Origin: Candidatus Vampirococcus lugosii
GTDB lineage: Bacteria; Patescibacteriota; Gracilibacteria; Absconditabacterales; Absconditicoccaceae
Length of the DNA: 19,703 nt
Reading direction: 5' to 3'
Assembly (NCBI RefSeq): GCF_018420025.1
Contig: NZ_JAEDAM010000015.1
Location: 1-19,703 of the forward strand
Under the pieces are notes generated by a model. That model did not search any database and was not told the DNA's origin. It was given only the letters and a program-made list of their open reading frames with translations. This document shows, one piece after another, positions 1 through 9,831 of the stretch. The first letter of the stretch is position 1; every line of letters begins with the position of its first letter. Position numbers and translations under genes: made by a program.

Positions 1-786
1 ATTTACAACATTTTTTATTTCTGTTCGTGAATTTAATCAATAATGATCTTTAACTATATTTGACAAAATATCTCATGATTTTATAGTGTAATAATCTGGT
101 TCTAATTCTATATTCTCTGGATTCTCTGGATTCTCTGAATTCTCTGAATTCTCTGGATTCTCTGGATTCTCTGAATTCTCTGAATTCTCTGAATTCTCTG
201 GATTCTCTGGATTCTCTGGATTCTCTGGATTCTCTGAATTCTCTGAATTCTCTGGATTCTCTGAATTTTCTGGATTTTCTGGATTCTCTGAATTCTCTGA
301 ATTCTCTGGATTCTCTGGATTTTCTTGTTCATCAGATGGAATTCATATTTCTTTTGATCACCATTGTTCTTCCAACATTCTAGATTGTTCAGTATCTCAA
401 ACAGTATCATCAATTTCACCAGCTTGAACATCTCCACTACCTGAAAAGAAAGTAGTTATAGATTCTCGTAATTCAGAAATATTTTCTTTTGCCATATCAA
501 TAATACCAATTCTTTCATTATTTTGTTCACTTTCTACACTAACCAATTCATCTATAAAATTATTAAGAGCAATTTTTTGATCAGCATCCAAAGATAATGA
601 ATTATCAATATTATCCTTAATCTCTGAAATATCATCTTCATTACTTCGATCTATATCTTTACTTCAATCAATAATTCAATTTTCAACAAATAATGTATTT
701 ATAGCTTGACTTAAAACTTCATTATCTTCAACAGTTTCAACAGTTTCATTATCTTCAAACCTTTCATTATTAATATTTTCTACCAT
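1..786 (-). CDS. Acidic protein with (E-N-P/S)x23 repeat and C-terminal LysM domain; 3' end runs off the window
   Basis: ATG at 786-784. The frame stays open down to base 1 with no in-frame TAA/TAG (checked codon by codon); several in-frame TGA are read as Gly. The N-terminal ~150 aa are very D/E-rich with no obvious signal peptide. 112-318 encodes the ENP/ENS repeats. The last codons read PDYYTIKSGDILSNIVKDHYGLNSRTEIKNVVN, which fits the LysM consensus (Y-x-[VI]-K-x-GD-x-L-x-x-I-[AV]-x-x-[YH]-G). The standard-code ORF 108..437 (QRI repeat) is a different, wrong frame. Confidence 0.8.
112..318 (-). repeat. 23 tandem copies of a 9-bp unit (plus strand ATTCTCTGG / ATTCTCTGA / ATTTTCTGG), in frame, encoding Pro/Ser-Glu-Asn tripeptides
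   Basis: Direct reading gives 23 consecutive 9-bp units. Variation is limited to G/A at the last base (Pro vs Ser on the coding strand) and C/T in two units (synonymous gag/gaa Glu). Confidence 0.95.
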
Positions 787-929
787 CTATTTTTATTTTT
801 ATATATATAAATAAAATATATATATTATTATATATTTTTTTAAAAATTTGTCAAAAAAAATTATATTTTATTAAATAAAGTTAAATTATAAAATTTTAAT
901 TATAAATTAAATTATAAACAATATCAAAT

Positions 930-1956
930 TTAATTACAATCCAACAAAATCCCTGTTTTATATACAGTTCAATAAGTTTTTTTATCTTGCTCACAATTAT
1001 CATCAACACAAATATATTTTTCTATTCAAAAAGAATATTCTCAACCATCATATATTGTTCAAGAAGAAAAAATACTTCCAGTATAATATAAAATACTTCA
1101 AGTATATAAATTTATTCAAGTTCATAAATCTACTCAAGTTAAATAATTTCAAGTATATAATAAATTATCTAAAGTTAAATTATTTCAAGAAAAAATTGAA
1201 TATTCATATTTTATTTCATCAATCCAATCTATGTTTGCTCAACTTCGATTTCGTTGCAAATCTATTCAAGTTCAAGAAGGACTACAATTTGATATTCAAG
1301 TTAAATTATAAGCTTGTGGTGGTGGTATATAAAATGAATTTTGATATTCAATATTTTTATCAAAAAATTTTCTATTTCAAATAAATAAATTCTGATTAAC
1401 TTGTATATCAAATCATCAAGTTAAATTTTGTGATATTTTATGTTTTTTTAATAAATTTCATCAAGTAAGATTAAATATAAATTGTATTCGTTCGTCTTCT
1501 TTATTTTCAAGCTTTAAATTTAAATTTTGATTAATTATATCACCTGTAAACATAAATTTTTTATCTTGTATTAAATATTTATCATTTCAATCATTAGTAA
1601 AATTATTTATATGTAATATAGTATTTATATTATTTCCTGTTAATAATATATTAAATCAACTTGCATAAATATTTTGATAGAATCATAAATCTATAGTTTT
1701 GTTAGGAGGAATAAATCAATAAATTCATCATGATTTACATTTTTCTATATTTTCATCTAAACAATCTTGAAAATAAGTTTTATTATCATAAAAATATTTT
1801 TCATTAAGTTTATTGTTTGATTCTCATATATAATATGACTGCAAAAATTTATCTGCAAAAAAAATTAAAATCTTGTAAAAAAAAATTAAAACTAATTAGG
1901 TAAATTCATAATACTGAAATTAGAACAACTATAGCAAAAATAGCAAAAAAAATCAT
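930..1956 (-). CDS. Distal pilin-operon gene: hydrophobic N-terminal anchor plus a Gly/Asn/Tyr-rich domain with (L/Y)-T-G repeats. The reading frame is interrupted and needs a +1 shift at or near the T9 run
   Basis: ATG at 1956-1954 lies 1 nt after the upstream stop. It opens MIFFAIFAIVVLISVLGIYLISFNFF..., which stops at TAA 1851-1849. A second frame is open from 1895 down to TAA 932-930 (321 codons, checked codon by codon). That frame has no ATG before 1553; the only alternative start is TTG at 1844. The two frames overlap across an A9 run (1877-1885) and an A8 run (1857-1864). C-terminal sequence: ...NLTGGNLL..NLTGGFD..YNLTGISN..LYTGNYLTGVDLGTGINLYTGSILYYTGSIF...CVDDNCEQD...LLDCN. Confidence 0.6.
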
Positions 1957-1957
1957 T

Positions 1958-2422
1958 TTATTTTTTTATAAAATAATATAAATTATGTGTTTTATTCAAA
2001 CTTTCTACAAAAATTTCAATAAAATATCAATCATATTTTGATTTTGAATTTATTTGTAAACAATTAATATTATATTCATATTTATCTTCAAAAGTATTTT
2101 CGTCATCACTTATTTTACTAATTATTAATTTTCAATCTTCATTACATTTGTATTGTATATACTCATCATTTTTTTGAATAACAATTTCGTTGGATCAAGT
2201 AAGATTTGTTCAAGTCATAGTAGACAATTCCCATCAATAATATCAATTAGCATAAATTACTTTTTTTATATCATTTATATTTTTTGCAATTTCCTGTGTG
2301 TTTTCACTTAATTTACTTATTGAAAAAAAGTTTGCAATTATACTTACCATAAGTCATCATATTAATGCAAAAAATCAAATATATATAGATATTTCCAATA
2401 AAGCAAATCATTTTTTATTCAT
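1958..2422 (-). CDS. Type IV pilin-like (minor pilin/pseudopilin) protein, 154 aa
   Basis: ATG at 2422-2420 overlaps the upstream stop (TAATG). The N-terminus MNKKGFALLEISIYIGFFALIGGLMVSII matches the prepilin class III signal (K-G|F-x-L-L-E plus a hydrophobic helix), and the cleavage-site Gly is encoded by TGA. The frame was checked codon by codon to TAA 1960-1958. Confidence 0.8.
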
Positions 2423-2811
2423 TATTTCAAAATTGAATAATTATAAAAATACTCTTCTCATAATTGTATTTCACAAAATATTATATTTTCTTGTATATCT
2501 GAATCTATTAATTTAAAATTTTCTTTTTTTTCACATTCAAAATAATTTGAATTAGTTTCAAATATATCTCAAGTATATATACTATAATTGTCTATATTAT
2601 TTCAAGTAAAAGTAATATATCAACTCATACTTTCACTTGTATTTTCAACAAGATATTTTGAGTAATTTATTATATTAATATTTTTATCATACTGTTTTTG
2701 TTCTTTCCAATAATCTTCAAATCATAATCTTGCAATTTGCAAACTTTCCAAAGAATAAAACAATATTACACTTACAATAAAAATTGCTATACTTACTTCC
2801 ATTAATTTCAT
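2422..2811 (-). CDS. Small membrane-anchored protein (129 aa) with a pilin-like hydrophobic N-terminal helix but no cleavage-site Gly
   Basis: ATG at 2811-2809 lies 3 nt after the upstream stop. The N-terminus is MKLMEVSIAIFIVSVILFYSLESLQIARLGFEDYW. The frame was checked codon by codon to TAA 2424-2422. Operon position between two pilin genes supports the call. The product assignment is weak. Confidence 0.65.
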
Positions 2812-2814
2812 TTA

Positions 2815-3615
2815 TTAATTTGTTTTACAAGAAATAGAAATATTACCTGAATCACTAACACATTCCCAATCCCAATTTGAATCAATACTTCAAGTTAAAT
2901 TTTTTGCATTTCATAAACTACATAATTTAGTAGGTCTTGAATTAATATCTGAATTATGATCTTGTCAACATTCTATACTACCATAATTTTTTATTAATCT
3001 ATTTTTTACCGCATCTCATGTAAATGAAACATTAGAACCAGTTAATATTATATTATATAAAGAAGGAAAATCTGGATCATATATATCTCAAGTTAATATT
3101 GATCAACTTGATGTTAATGCTTCATTATCATCTGAATTTACTATAATTCCCAACTCATTTCAAAGAGTTTTTATATCCATAATTGAAAAATTTTGTGCAT
3201 AAACTTTTTCAGTATATGAAAGATCTTCACTTTCTTTTTCCAAATATCACATAATTTGATATTTATTTTTTCCTTCATTTATATTATATATATATTCAAA
3301 ATCATCTTTTGGATCAAGTTGTTTAACAGTAATTCATTGTGTATTTGAAGTAGCATTATCACCAAAAGTTCATTGATATCAAAGAATAATAGCTCAACTT
3401 GTTATAGTTATTTTATTGTCAGGCTCAGGTAAATATCATTTTCTAAATAATTCTTGTTCCAAAGATGAAGAAATATTTTGTAAACTTGTAATTCTAGCAG
3501 TATTTCTTGCATCTCTCATATATTGACCAAAAAGAAAACTAGAACTTGCTGCAAGTATCATAATAATTCATATAGAAACAATTAATTCTATCAAAGTAAA
3601 TCATTTATTTTTCAT
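2815..3615 (-). CDS. Type IV pilin (prepilin with N-terminal cleavage/methylation motif), 266 aa
   Basis: ATG at 3615-3613. The N-terminus MKNKGFTLIELIVSIGIIMILAASSSF is the textbook K-G|FTLIEL prepilin peptidase site followed by a hydrophobic alpha-1 helix. That Gly is TGA (3603-3601). The C-terminal region has two Cys pairs (..IECGQDH..KLCS.. and ..WECVSDSGNISISC..). The frame was checked codon by codon to TAA 2817-2815. Confidence 0.9.
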
Positions 3616-3782
3616 TTATTTTTAATAATAATAATCTAAATTATATTAGATAATATAATAAATATATTTTATTTAATATCAAGCTTTTATAAAAAAAAAT
3701 ATTTAATATATTTTATTGTATATTAGAGCTATATCTTTATATACAATATATCTATATTTATTAGTATAATTTTTATGTTGTA

Positions 3783-5690
3783 ATGAAAAAAATTTATTTT
3801 ATTTCAATTTTGTTATCTGTTTTATTTTTACAAGCTTGTAATACTGAATACAAGGAAATAGAGTATTCGCAGAATCAAAATTATTATACAGTTAAGACTT
3901 GATCTATAAGTACACAGTGAAATTTTATTTGAAATATTGAATCTCAAAATCAAACAGTATTATCATCAAAAACTTTTGGTAGAGTAAATACATTAAATTT
4001 TTCCAAATGAGATTTTGTTAATAAATGACAAATAATAGCAAGTGTTGATTCTGTTCAATCTTCAATTTCTTATGATTCTATATGAAATGTTTTGGAAAAT
4101 CTTCGTTCTACTAGAAATTCTACAGAATTAATGTTTCAAAATCAAATAAAATCAGCACAATCAGCATATCATCAAGCTCAAAATTCTATCAATATGATTA
4201 AATCACAATTAGCTTGAACAACAAATCAAGTTCTTAATATAGAAAATATAAATAAAAGTAATTTGCAAGTAGCACAAGAACAAATAAATTCTGCTCAACT
4301 AGCTATTGAATCTATAAATAATGAAATTGAAAATGCAAAAACTAATTTTGAACAACAAGAAAATAATATATATTCAAATGCAACATCTTCAATAAGTGCA
4401 TCATCTATTTTATCAAAAAATATTTTGAAGTTTACGGATGAAATTTTGTGAGTATCAAATCAGAATAAAAACAAAAATAATTCTTTTGAAACTTATCTTT
4501 CTGCAAGAAATTCTTCCTTAAAAGCTGAAGCAAAAAATACTTGGTCAGATTTGAATAATAAATTTGAACAAATAGAAAATATGTATAATAATTTGGAAAC
4601 TCTTGCTTGAAATCCCAATTGAAAAGAAAAAATACAAGAAATTTTGTCTGAATATGAAAAATATTTATCAGATTTGAGAAGTTTTTTATCTGAATTTTAT
4701 GAAGTTCTTGATAAAAGTGTTAATGCAGTATCTTTTCCAGAATCTAAAATAAATAATTTAAAAGAAAGAACTATAAATTATCAACAAAATTTGGAAAAAA
4801 CATTGATTGATGCACAATGAAATTTTATGGTATGAATTAAATGAAGTTTACAAGCTATAAAAAATTTGGAAAATGAAAAAACATCAACTTTTGATAGATT
4901 AAAGAATAATCTTGAACAAGCTCAAAAACAACTTGATCAAGCGAATAAAGCTTATGAAAATTATGAAGCTATGTGAACTTCTGAATCAACTAAAGTTTTG
5001 ACTCAAAAAGAGGTTTATCAAGATCAAATTAAAGTTTATGAACAACAATCTCAACAAGCACAAGATAATGTATCTGCAATTCAAAACCAAATGGAATCTG
5101 AATTATCATCAATAGATTCAAAAATAGCTGAATTAGAATGACAAAGAAAATCAGTTTCTAGTCAAATACAAAATACAAATATTGTTGCTCCATTTTCTTG
5201 AGTAATTATTGAAAATAATGTTGAATTAGGGCAATTATTATGACCTGAAAATCCTGCTATTATTTTTGCAAGCAATCAAGATTTAAAAATTAATATCAAA
5301 ATTCCACAAACTTTATGAGAAAATATTTCTCAATGAGATAATGTAAATATAAAAATTTCTTGAAAAGAACAAGAATTTACTTGATTTGTATCAAAAATAT
5401 TTCCAAATATTGATCCTTTATCCAAAAGACTTGATATAGAAATTAAATTTAATGAATCTCCATGAGATACTTTAATTTGAATGTTTGCAAATATATCTTT
5501 TGATAAAAACAATATTTCTTGATTAAAAGTTCCTTATAGTTATATAAAATATGATTATTGAAGTGCATATTTAAATATTTTGCAAGAAAATAAGTCTTTA
5601 CAAAAAATTGATATAGAAAAAATACAATGTAATAATTGAGAATGTATAATAAAATGAGATTTGAGTGTATGAGATAAAATAATAAGATAA
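3783..5690 (+). CDS. Efflux membrane-fusion protein (HlyD/RND periplasmic adaptor family), putative lipoprotein, 635 aa
   Basis: ATG at 3783. The signal/lipobox-like N-terminus is MKKIYFISILLSVLFLQAC. A long Q/N/E/K-rich coiled-coil-like central region follows. The C-terminal barrel motif is typical of adaptors (NIVAPFSGVIIENNVELGQLLGPENPAIIFASNQDLKINIKIPQ). The standard-code ORF 4263..4451 is in the same frame. Stop TAA at 5688-5690. The gene sits immediately upstream of the RND permease. Confidence 0.85.
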
Positions 5691-5720
5691 ATAATTTATT
5701 TTTTAAATTTTCTTTTAATT

Positions 5721-8700
5721 ATGTTTTGAAAATATGCTGAATTTTGGATCAAAAATCCAAAACTTACAATCATATTAATGATAGTTATTTTGATTTGGTG
5801 ATTATTATCTTGGTTTGTAATTCCTAAACAATATAATCCTGATATTGAGGCTCCAACTTTTATAATTTCTGCACAAGCTCCTTGATATACTGCAAAAGAA
5901 GTAAATAATTTGTTAGTTTCTCAAATGGAAATGAAATTTAAAGAAATAGAAGATGTTAAAGAAATTTCTTGAAATTCTATGGAAAATTTCTGATCAGTTA
6001 TGGTAATGTTTGAAATATGAACTGATAAAGAAAAAGCAACAACTAGACTTTATAATAAAATTTATACAAGTTTAGATTTTTCTCCTATGTGAATATCTCA
6101 ACCTAGTGTAATGTCTATTGATCCAAATGATATTCCAATTTTTTCTTTTGCTATTTACAATACACAAAAAGATATTCCTGAACATAAAAACTTATTAAAA
6201 CTGAAAGATATATCTATTGATATTGTTGAAAGATTAAAACTTATTGATGATACTACAGTTTTTTATAATATATGAGCATATAATCAAAAATTAATTGTAA
6301 GAACAGATTTGGAAAAGTTATCTGAATACAATGTTGATATGACACAAATTCTTTGAGCAATATCACAAAATAATCAAAATTTTTATTGATGAAAAATTAA
6401 ATATGACAATATTATTTCTGATATTCAAGTAAAATGAGAAATATCTGATCTTTCTTCTATAGAAAATATAATTGTAGCAAATTATAATTGAAATAATATT
6501 TATTTATCTGATTTGGCAAATGTATATTTTTGAATATGAAAAGAAGAACATTTTGCAAAATTTTCTGAATATTGAGATACTAATGATGCAGTTTTTATTT
6601 GATTAGCAAAATCTCCAAGTGCAAATAGTATATTTGTAGTAAATGAAGTAAAACAAGAACTTGAAAAAATAAAATCGGAACTTCCTGCATCATATGAAAT
6701 TGTTGAAATACAAAATGAATGATATGAAGCTGAGAATGCAACTAATATGTTAATTATTAATCTTTTTCAAGCTATATTTATAGTTTTTATAGTTTTGTTT
6801 TTTTATTTATGATTTAAAGATGCTATAAATAATAGTATAGCTATTCCATTAACTTTAGCTATAGTTTTTGGTATAGCTTTGGCAATATGAGATAATGTAA
6901 ATAGAATTACATTATTTGCTGTAATTTTAGTTTTATGAATGTTGGTAGATAATAGTACTGTTATAGTAGAAAACATTTCTAGACATTTAAAAGATAGAGA
7001 AACAACTTGAGTTGATAAACTTACTGCAATCAAAACTTGAGTTCAAGAAGTTGGTTTTGGTGTAATATTGGCAACAATTACTAGAATATTAGCTTTTATT
7101 TCTATGTTTTTTGTTACAGATATGATGTGAGAGTATATGTGACCTATTCCCAAATATGCAATTATAGCTCTTAGTGCATCTTTTTTTATTGCCATGTCTA
7201 TCAATCCATTTTTTGCTTATTTTCTTACAAAAAAAGATTCTCAAAAATCTAATAAAAAAAATAATATCAAACAAGAAAATATTGAAATAAAACAAACTTG
7301 GATAGAAAAAAAATATAAATCTTTGATAGAACTTTTATTAACTCCCAAAACTTCTATTTTTAGAAAAATATTTAAAGCTATTTTTTGGATAGTTTTGATC
7401 GTGTCTGTAGTAGTTCCTATATATTATCAAGTATTTAAAGCTCAAATGCTTCCCAAATCTGATAAAAATCAATTTTATATTTGGATTGATGCACCCAGAG
7501 ATTGGTCTATAGATAAAACAAAAGATTTATTAAATCATATAGATGATTTTGTTTATGATTTTTCTTATGAAAGTGATAGTAAAGAAGATGAAAATTTAAA
7601 AATAATAAAATCTACTTCATCACGATGAGGTATACAACCTGTTCCAGATTTTGCTAGTGTTTTTCGTGGAAGTTATCAAAGACAAATGCAAAATCAATTA
7701 TCTATTAAAATTAATTTAATTAAAAGTGATTATAGAGATATTTTTTCGCAAGATTTTGTTATACAATTTAGACCTTTGATAAAAAAATATATAGATAGTA
7801 AATATCCTGAAGTTGAAATTAGATTATTGGAAGAACCACCTTGACCTCCTGTACAATCAACTTTTATGTTAAAAATTTCTTGAATGCCTGATCAAGATTA
7901 TGAAAATGTTTGAAATTTTGCTAAATGGATACAAGAAAAAATAAAACCATCTTTAGTTCAAAATCAAGTTGTAGATATATATAATTCTTTTCAAGAATAT
8001 CAAACTACCTACAAAATCAATCTAGATCAAGAAAAAATAACTAGACTCTGATTAAATATAGAACAAATTTGAAATTCTCTTTATTCAATTTTTGAATGAT
8101 TAGATATATCACCCTATCATGATCAATCTACAAAAAAACCTATAAATATTTTTGTTACAGCAAATCAAGAAAAAGTAAATGATATAAATATTTTTGATAA
8201 AATATATTTTACAAGCAAAAATTGAAAACAAGTTCCATTATTGGAAATAGCTGATATAATACCTCAAAAAAAAGCACAAACAATAATGAATAATGATATG
8301 CTTCCTACAGTATATATTTATTGAGAAATATGAGAAGATAGTATTGTTTATCCTAGTTTTGCATTATTATCTATATTTTTGGATAAAAAATTTTGGCAAG
8401 ATAAATTTGAAATTATCTCTTGGAATTTATATTGATTTAAATTGAAAGAAAAATTAACTTGAAATAATTATGAAGTAAATTTTTGATGAGAACGGGAAGT
8501 TACTATGGATACTTTTGCTGATATGTGAATAGCTATGATAATAGCTTTGCTTTGAATATATTTTATAATAGTTGCACAATTTAAATCATTTACTATATGA
8601 TGAATAGTTATGATAACATTTTTGTTATGATTTTTTGGTGTATTTCCTTGATTTGCTAGTATGTATATGATAAATTGAGAATTTTTTTCTGCTACTAGTA

Positions 8701-9023
8701 TGATATGAGTTATTGCTCTTGCTTGAATAGTAGTTGGTAATGCTATTATTTTAATAGAATATGTAAATGTTTTACTAAAATCTGGTTTATCTATTAGAGA
8801 TTCTATTATAAAAGCTTGAATTGTAAGACTTAGACCTATAATTCTTACTTCTCTTACTACAGTATTATGAATTACTACAATTTTATGAGATCCAGTATGG
8901 AGTGGTTTGGCATTTTCTATAATCTTTGGTCTAACTATTTCTGCCGTACTTACATTGATTGTAGTACCAGTTTTCTTATATGATAACTTAATTTGGCAAG
9001 ATCAAAAATTAAGTAAAAAATAA
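5721..9023 (+). CDS. RND-superfamily efflux permease (AcrB/AcrD/AcrF-like), 1100 aa
   Basis: ATG at 5721. The full frame was read through with no TAA/TAG (many TGA=Gly) to TAA 9021-9023. Supporting features are an N-terminal TM helix followed by a large soluble domain, the TM4-type motif LVLGMLVDNSTVIVENISRH, and the TM10-type motif ALAGIVVGNAIILIEYVN. The standard-code ORF 7194..7628 is in the same frame. Confidence 0.9.
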
Positions 9024-9039
9024 ATCTAATAGTATTTAT

Positions 9040-9059
9040 AACTTCTATTGAAGTTTTTT
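9040..9059 (+). terminator. Weak AT-rich intrinsic terminator after the RND gene
   Basis: Stem AACTTC (9040-9045) / GAAGTT (9050-9055), loop TATT, and a T-run extending to 9059. It lies 17 nt after the stop codon. Confidence 0.4.
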
Positions 9060-9085
9060 ACTAAAATTTTTAACTTTTCAACTAT

Positions 9086-9133
9086 ATAATAAAGCAATAG
9101 ATTATCTTTCAAGATAATCTATTGCTTTATTAT
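9086..9133. terminator. Perfect 23-bp inverted repeat (long hairpin), probable terminator/insulator between convergent operons
   Basis: ATAATAAAGCAATAGATTATCTT (9086-9108) and its exact reverse complement AAGATAATCTATTGCTTTATTAT (9111-9133) are separated by 2 nt. There is no clean U-tract on either side, so the function is inferred from position only. Confidence 0.45.
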
Positions 9134-9831
9134 AAATTAATATTATCAATTTCTTTTATTCAATCAATTTGTTTCAAACAATTTTTGAGAGTATTTTTTT
9201 AAAAAATATATTATGATTATTAGCACTTAAAATAATAAAAAAACAAAAAAAATATACTAAATTATAATAAAAAAATCAGAATTAAGAAAAAATATAATAA
9301 TATTAACTACAACAAAATAAACTATTTTTTTTTACAAAAACAAAATTAAACAATAAAATTCAGATTACAAATTAATTTTAGTATATTTTAATTTAAATTT
9401 TATAAATTTACAAAACAGTTTATATAAAAATATATATTTAAAAATGATTAATAATATTCAAGCTGTTTTAAATAAATTTAAACAAGTCAAATAATTTAAA
9501 TGTTTATCTTATTTTTCAAAATATAAACTCTAATCAAATAAATTTTATTTTAAAATATACTAAAAATATTTAATCTAATTATTTAATAAATCAAATAATA
9601 GAATAAATATATGGTCTATAAAATATATTTCATAAAACAACTAATGTAAACAATCACATTAACCAATTAAAAATCACTCCAAAACTAGCATTTTCAGAAT
9701 TTACTCATTACAAGTTTGAAAAGTAATTATTTTCAAATAACCTACTTAAATCCATAGCATATAAAGCAAAACTAGAATAGAACAAAAACATATAAAAAAA
9801 TGTAAATCAATTATTTTAATACATAAAAAAC

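Noticed and set aside
108-437. Standard-code ORF encoding a (Q-R-I)n repeat protein
   Set aside because: Wrong frame. The frame that is continuous with the ATG at 786 and with the LysM domain reads the same repeat as E-N-P/E-N-S. The QRI frame exists only because the repeat lacks stops in more than one frame.
1055-1384. Plus-strand 109-aa ORF, and the idea that the TTCAAGT repeats are iterons, DnaA-like boxes or an origin
   Set aside because: The plus-strand ORF is low-complexity (K/F/N/Y/L). The minus strand has a 321-codon open frame under code 25 in which each repeat is an in-frame ACT-TGA (Thr-Gly). No DnaA-box-like TTATCCACA motifs were seen.
3715-3748. 10-bp inverted repeat TATTGTATAT-N15-ATATACAATA in the divergent pilin/efflux promoter region, considered as an operator; also TATAAT at 3765-3770 as the efflux -10 box
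   Set aside because: AT-only palindromes and TATAAT-like hexamers of this size are expected by chance in an intergenic region this AT-rich. No matching -35 box is present, and no regulator gene is nearby.
2298-7295. Other standard-code ORFs on the opposite strand of code-25 genes (2298..2516+, 5330..5512-, 6803..7033-, 7089..7295-)
   Set aside because: Each lies antisense within a long, homology-supported code-25 gene (pilin-like gene, MFP, RND permease) and has low-complexity or hydrophobic mirror-image composition.
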